DNA from: Microthyrium microscopicum
Taxonomy: Eukaryota
Assembly: GCA_010405405.1 (NCBI GenBank)
Contig: MU004237.1
Span: 1,003,345-1,067,344 of the forward strand
Reading direction: 5' to 3'
Length of the DNA: 64,000 nt
Part shown: one piece after another, positions 61,088-64,000 of the stretch
How positions within the stretch are numbered: position 1 is the first letter of the stretch
Layout: the number at the start of each line of letters is the position of its first letter
Notes under the pieces: generated by a model
What the model saw: the letters and a program-made list of their open reading frames with translations, nothing else
What the model was told of the DNA's origin: nothing
Database searches by the model: none
Made by a program: the position numbers and the translations under genes

Positions 61088-64000
61088 ATGGCTACTTCCA
61101 TGTCACCTCCAACATCTCCTATCGCAACCACCATGCAGCGACCCAAAAGCGCCATGATACGTCCTGTGACTAGGCCTCGCAGTCAATCTCGCATGAGCGC
61201 AAGTAGTCGGCAAGGTGCAAGCACAAGATCCGATGAGGATAATAAACATACTGCGGTTCGAGTTGGTAAGTCTTCATAGCGCGTTGCTTCCATCGTCGCG
61301 TCCTTGATTACCTCCAAAAATTCTAAATCATTTCAACTAACATTTTTCCGCAGCCGTTCGCGTTCGCCCTCCACTCAAATCCTCAGATCCAGGTTACGAT
61401 CTTGTCCCTCAACGTTTTCGCGGTTCCAGATGCCAAGTAACCAGCAACACGAGCTTGACTATAGACTCACAGCAGGGCAAGAGATTATTCGTGTTTGACC
61501 GCGTTTTTGGCGAAGATGTGGATCAAGATGGTGTGTGGGAATATCTCAGCGAAAGTGTCAACTCTTTTGTACAAGGCTACAATGTTTCTGTTCTTGCATA
61601 TGGGCAATCAGGAGCAGGAAAGTCCTATACAATGGGTACAACAGGACCTGGAGAACAAAGTGATGCGCGTTTAATGGGTTAGTACTCCGCGTGTTTTTTT
61701 TTGGCATTAAATGGCTGTTTAAAAGAACGGCTATGCCACGCGCAATACCTTTTGGTTCTTCGTTGAAGACTTACTGACATCCGCAGGAATTGTTCCCCGT
61801 GCCGCCGCAGCATTATTCGAAAAGCTTTCACCCGCACCCAAGACCGGTATTCGGCACCCTAATCGATATTCCCTAAATGCAATGTCAGCATTATCAAGCC
61901 ATTCGAACAAAGCAGAAAAAGACTGGAAGATGACAGCAACATATGTTGAGGTATGCTTAAGATGGGTTCTTTCCGCGTAAAATTCTAACTCCGCTTAGAT
62001 CTACCAAGAACAATTACGCGATTTATTAGTCGACGAATCAATTCCATACAACGAAAGACCACAGGTTTCTATACGAGAAGACTCGAAAGGAAGGATACTT
62101 CTTACCGGATTGAAACAAGTAACCATAAATTCCATCGACGATCTGCTCAGCGCTCTCAACTTTGGATCATCCATTCGACAAACAGATGCAACTGCTGTAA
62201 ACGCTCGGTCTTCCCGTTCACATGCCGTTTTCAGTTTGAATCTTGTTCAGAAAAAAGGACAAGTGACAACGACTCCCAAGGATAAACGTAGATCGGTCCC
62301 ATTGGAAGTTATGTCTGGATCGGAAAACTGGATTACTGTTGACAGCAAGCTACATTTCGTCGATTTGGCGGGAAGTGAACGTTTGAAAAATACTCAAGCT
62401 CATGGGGAGCGCGCAAAGGAAGGAATATCCATAAACGCAGGTCTCGCTAGTCTCGGAAAGGTCATCTCCCAGCTTTCATCTCGTTCAGTTGGAACACACA
62501 TATCGTATCGGGACTCCCGCCTGACACGATTATTACAAGACTCTCTTGGTGGAAAAGCCATTACCTACATGGTGGCATGTGTAAACCCAGCGGAATTCCA
62601 TCTCAGTGAAACCCTCAACACAGTTCAATATGCTCAGCGCGCCCGAGCCATTCAACTCAAACCCCAGATTCAACAAGTCCATGATGATAGCGACAAACAG
62701 GCTACGATTGAGCGGCTACGAGCTGAAGTACAATTCTTGCGTGATCAAATCAGACTTTCCGAGAGATCTGGACGACGAACTGATGCTCCTCAAGAACGGT
62801 TAGAGCGTGTCAATGAGCGAGAAATTGAACTTCAAAATCAGCTCTTGGACGTTCAAGAGAACTATACTGCTTTGAGTCAACGTCACGCCAAGGTAATATC
62901 TGAGATCGCCAAAGCAAGGGATTCTCCTTCCAGAAGTGATGGCTCCGCAATATCAGACGCAACCGGAAACTCGGCTATGGATCGCCTCAAAAAGTCTAGC
63001 GATTTTGCTGAAGCTGTGGAACAGGTGGTCCTTGAGTACGAAAAGACCATCCAATCCTTGGAGGCAAGCTTGTCCAACACGCGATCTTCCTTGTCCAACT
63101 CTGAAAGCACGCTTTTGGAAAAAGAGACCAAAATTGCATACATGGAAACCGTTAGCCAACAACTCCAATCCCGGTTGCAAAAAGCCATGGATCGCGAACA
63201 AAATGACGACAATTACCTTCACGAACTCGAATCGCGCGTGGCTGGCGCAAACACTGATGAGGAGAAGAGCATGGCCCTTGTCACTAGCTTGAAGAAAGAA
63301 CTATCAAGAGTACGAGAGAGCGAGGCGGGTGCTGAAGATTACATCTCCACGCTTGAAGAGCGACTGGCCGAAGCTGAGCAACAGCATGACATCATGTCTC
63401 GCGAAATTGACCGACTTGAGCATGTTGTTGAGAGACAACGTAGCATTAAGAAGTTGGATAATCTCCTGTATGAACTTGACCATATCCGCCAAAACGACGC
63501 GTCAAACGGTCTATTACCGACGTCACGCGATCCTGCACCGGCGCAACCTATCACCAATGGTCATTCTCGACATCCAGAGGACAGTTCTTTTGACACCATT
63601 GCTGAGGGTGAGTCTATAGAGCACATTGACGAGCTTGAAGGACAATCACATACAAAATCGCCAACACATTCTCGAGCAATCGATTCGCTTGGTGGCGCTG
63701 TTCAAGAACCTGTTGACGCGCAAAATGACTCTGAAGCAAGCCGAGCTCCTCTTCAAATCAACTCATCCAAAAGCATATCACATGATGCAGATGAGCAGCC
63801 CTCTAGCCCAGCTCAATCAAGATTCGTCAATGATAAGTTGGAAACCGTCACCCAAGAGTTGTTTGATTTGCGTATGGAACACGAGAATACAGTTGGTAGT
63901 TTCGATGAACTTCAACGAAAGTACCAAGTCGCTCTAACAACTATGGCTGAGCTTCAAGACGCCTTAGAGGACACTCGACATGGAAACATGTCAAGACCAA
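61088..64000 (+). CDS. Kinesin-4 family (KIF4/KIF21-like) motor protein, 3'-truncated by the window; introns ~61267-61353, 61678-61786 and 61951-61998
   Basis: AVRV|AVRVRPP, FVFDRVF, YGQSGAGKSYTMG (P-loop), NARSSRSHAVF, HFVDLAGSER, HISYRDSRLTRLLQDSLGG, then a long coiled coil. Confidence 0.92.

Overview
Eukaryotic DNA from a filamentous ascomycete (Pezizomycotina; short ~50-nt GT-AG introns with CTAAC-type branch points). There are about 21 protein-coding genes. Housekeeping genes include OST4, PBR1, RFA2, DBP10, spf31, DBP4, mago nashi, SEC26, VSB1, RPP40 and a kinesin-4 cut by the window end. Accessory genes include a NACHT-ankyrin NLR-like gene, SDRs, an MFS pump, a GH47 mannosidase, an F-box gene and a HeLo-like/WD40 gene. 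The most unusual item is a tRNA-Gly(TCC) gene at 51959-52090. Its D-loop is interrupted by a 53-nt insert with every signal of a spliceosomal intron (GTGAG...CTAAC...CAG), in addition to a short canonical 37/38 intron. A second unexplained signal is a repeat family built on the palindromic motif CCATC-N6-GATGG. It occurs as a ~128-bp-period tandem hairpin array (52.45-53.1 kb), as a dispersed ~200-bp fold-back element (NACHT-gene intron and 51.1-51.3 kb), and in the long GH47 intron. The window also holds a RIP-like transposon relic with TSD and terminal hairpins, a TA-flanked MITE, and direct repeats around the F-box gene. All calls are by eye; no database searches were run.
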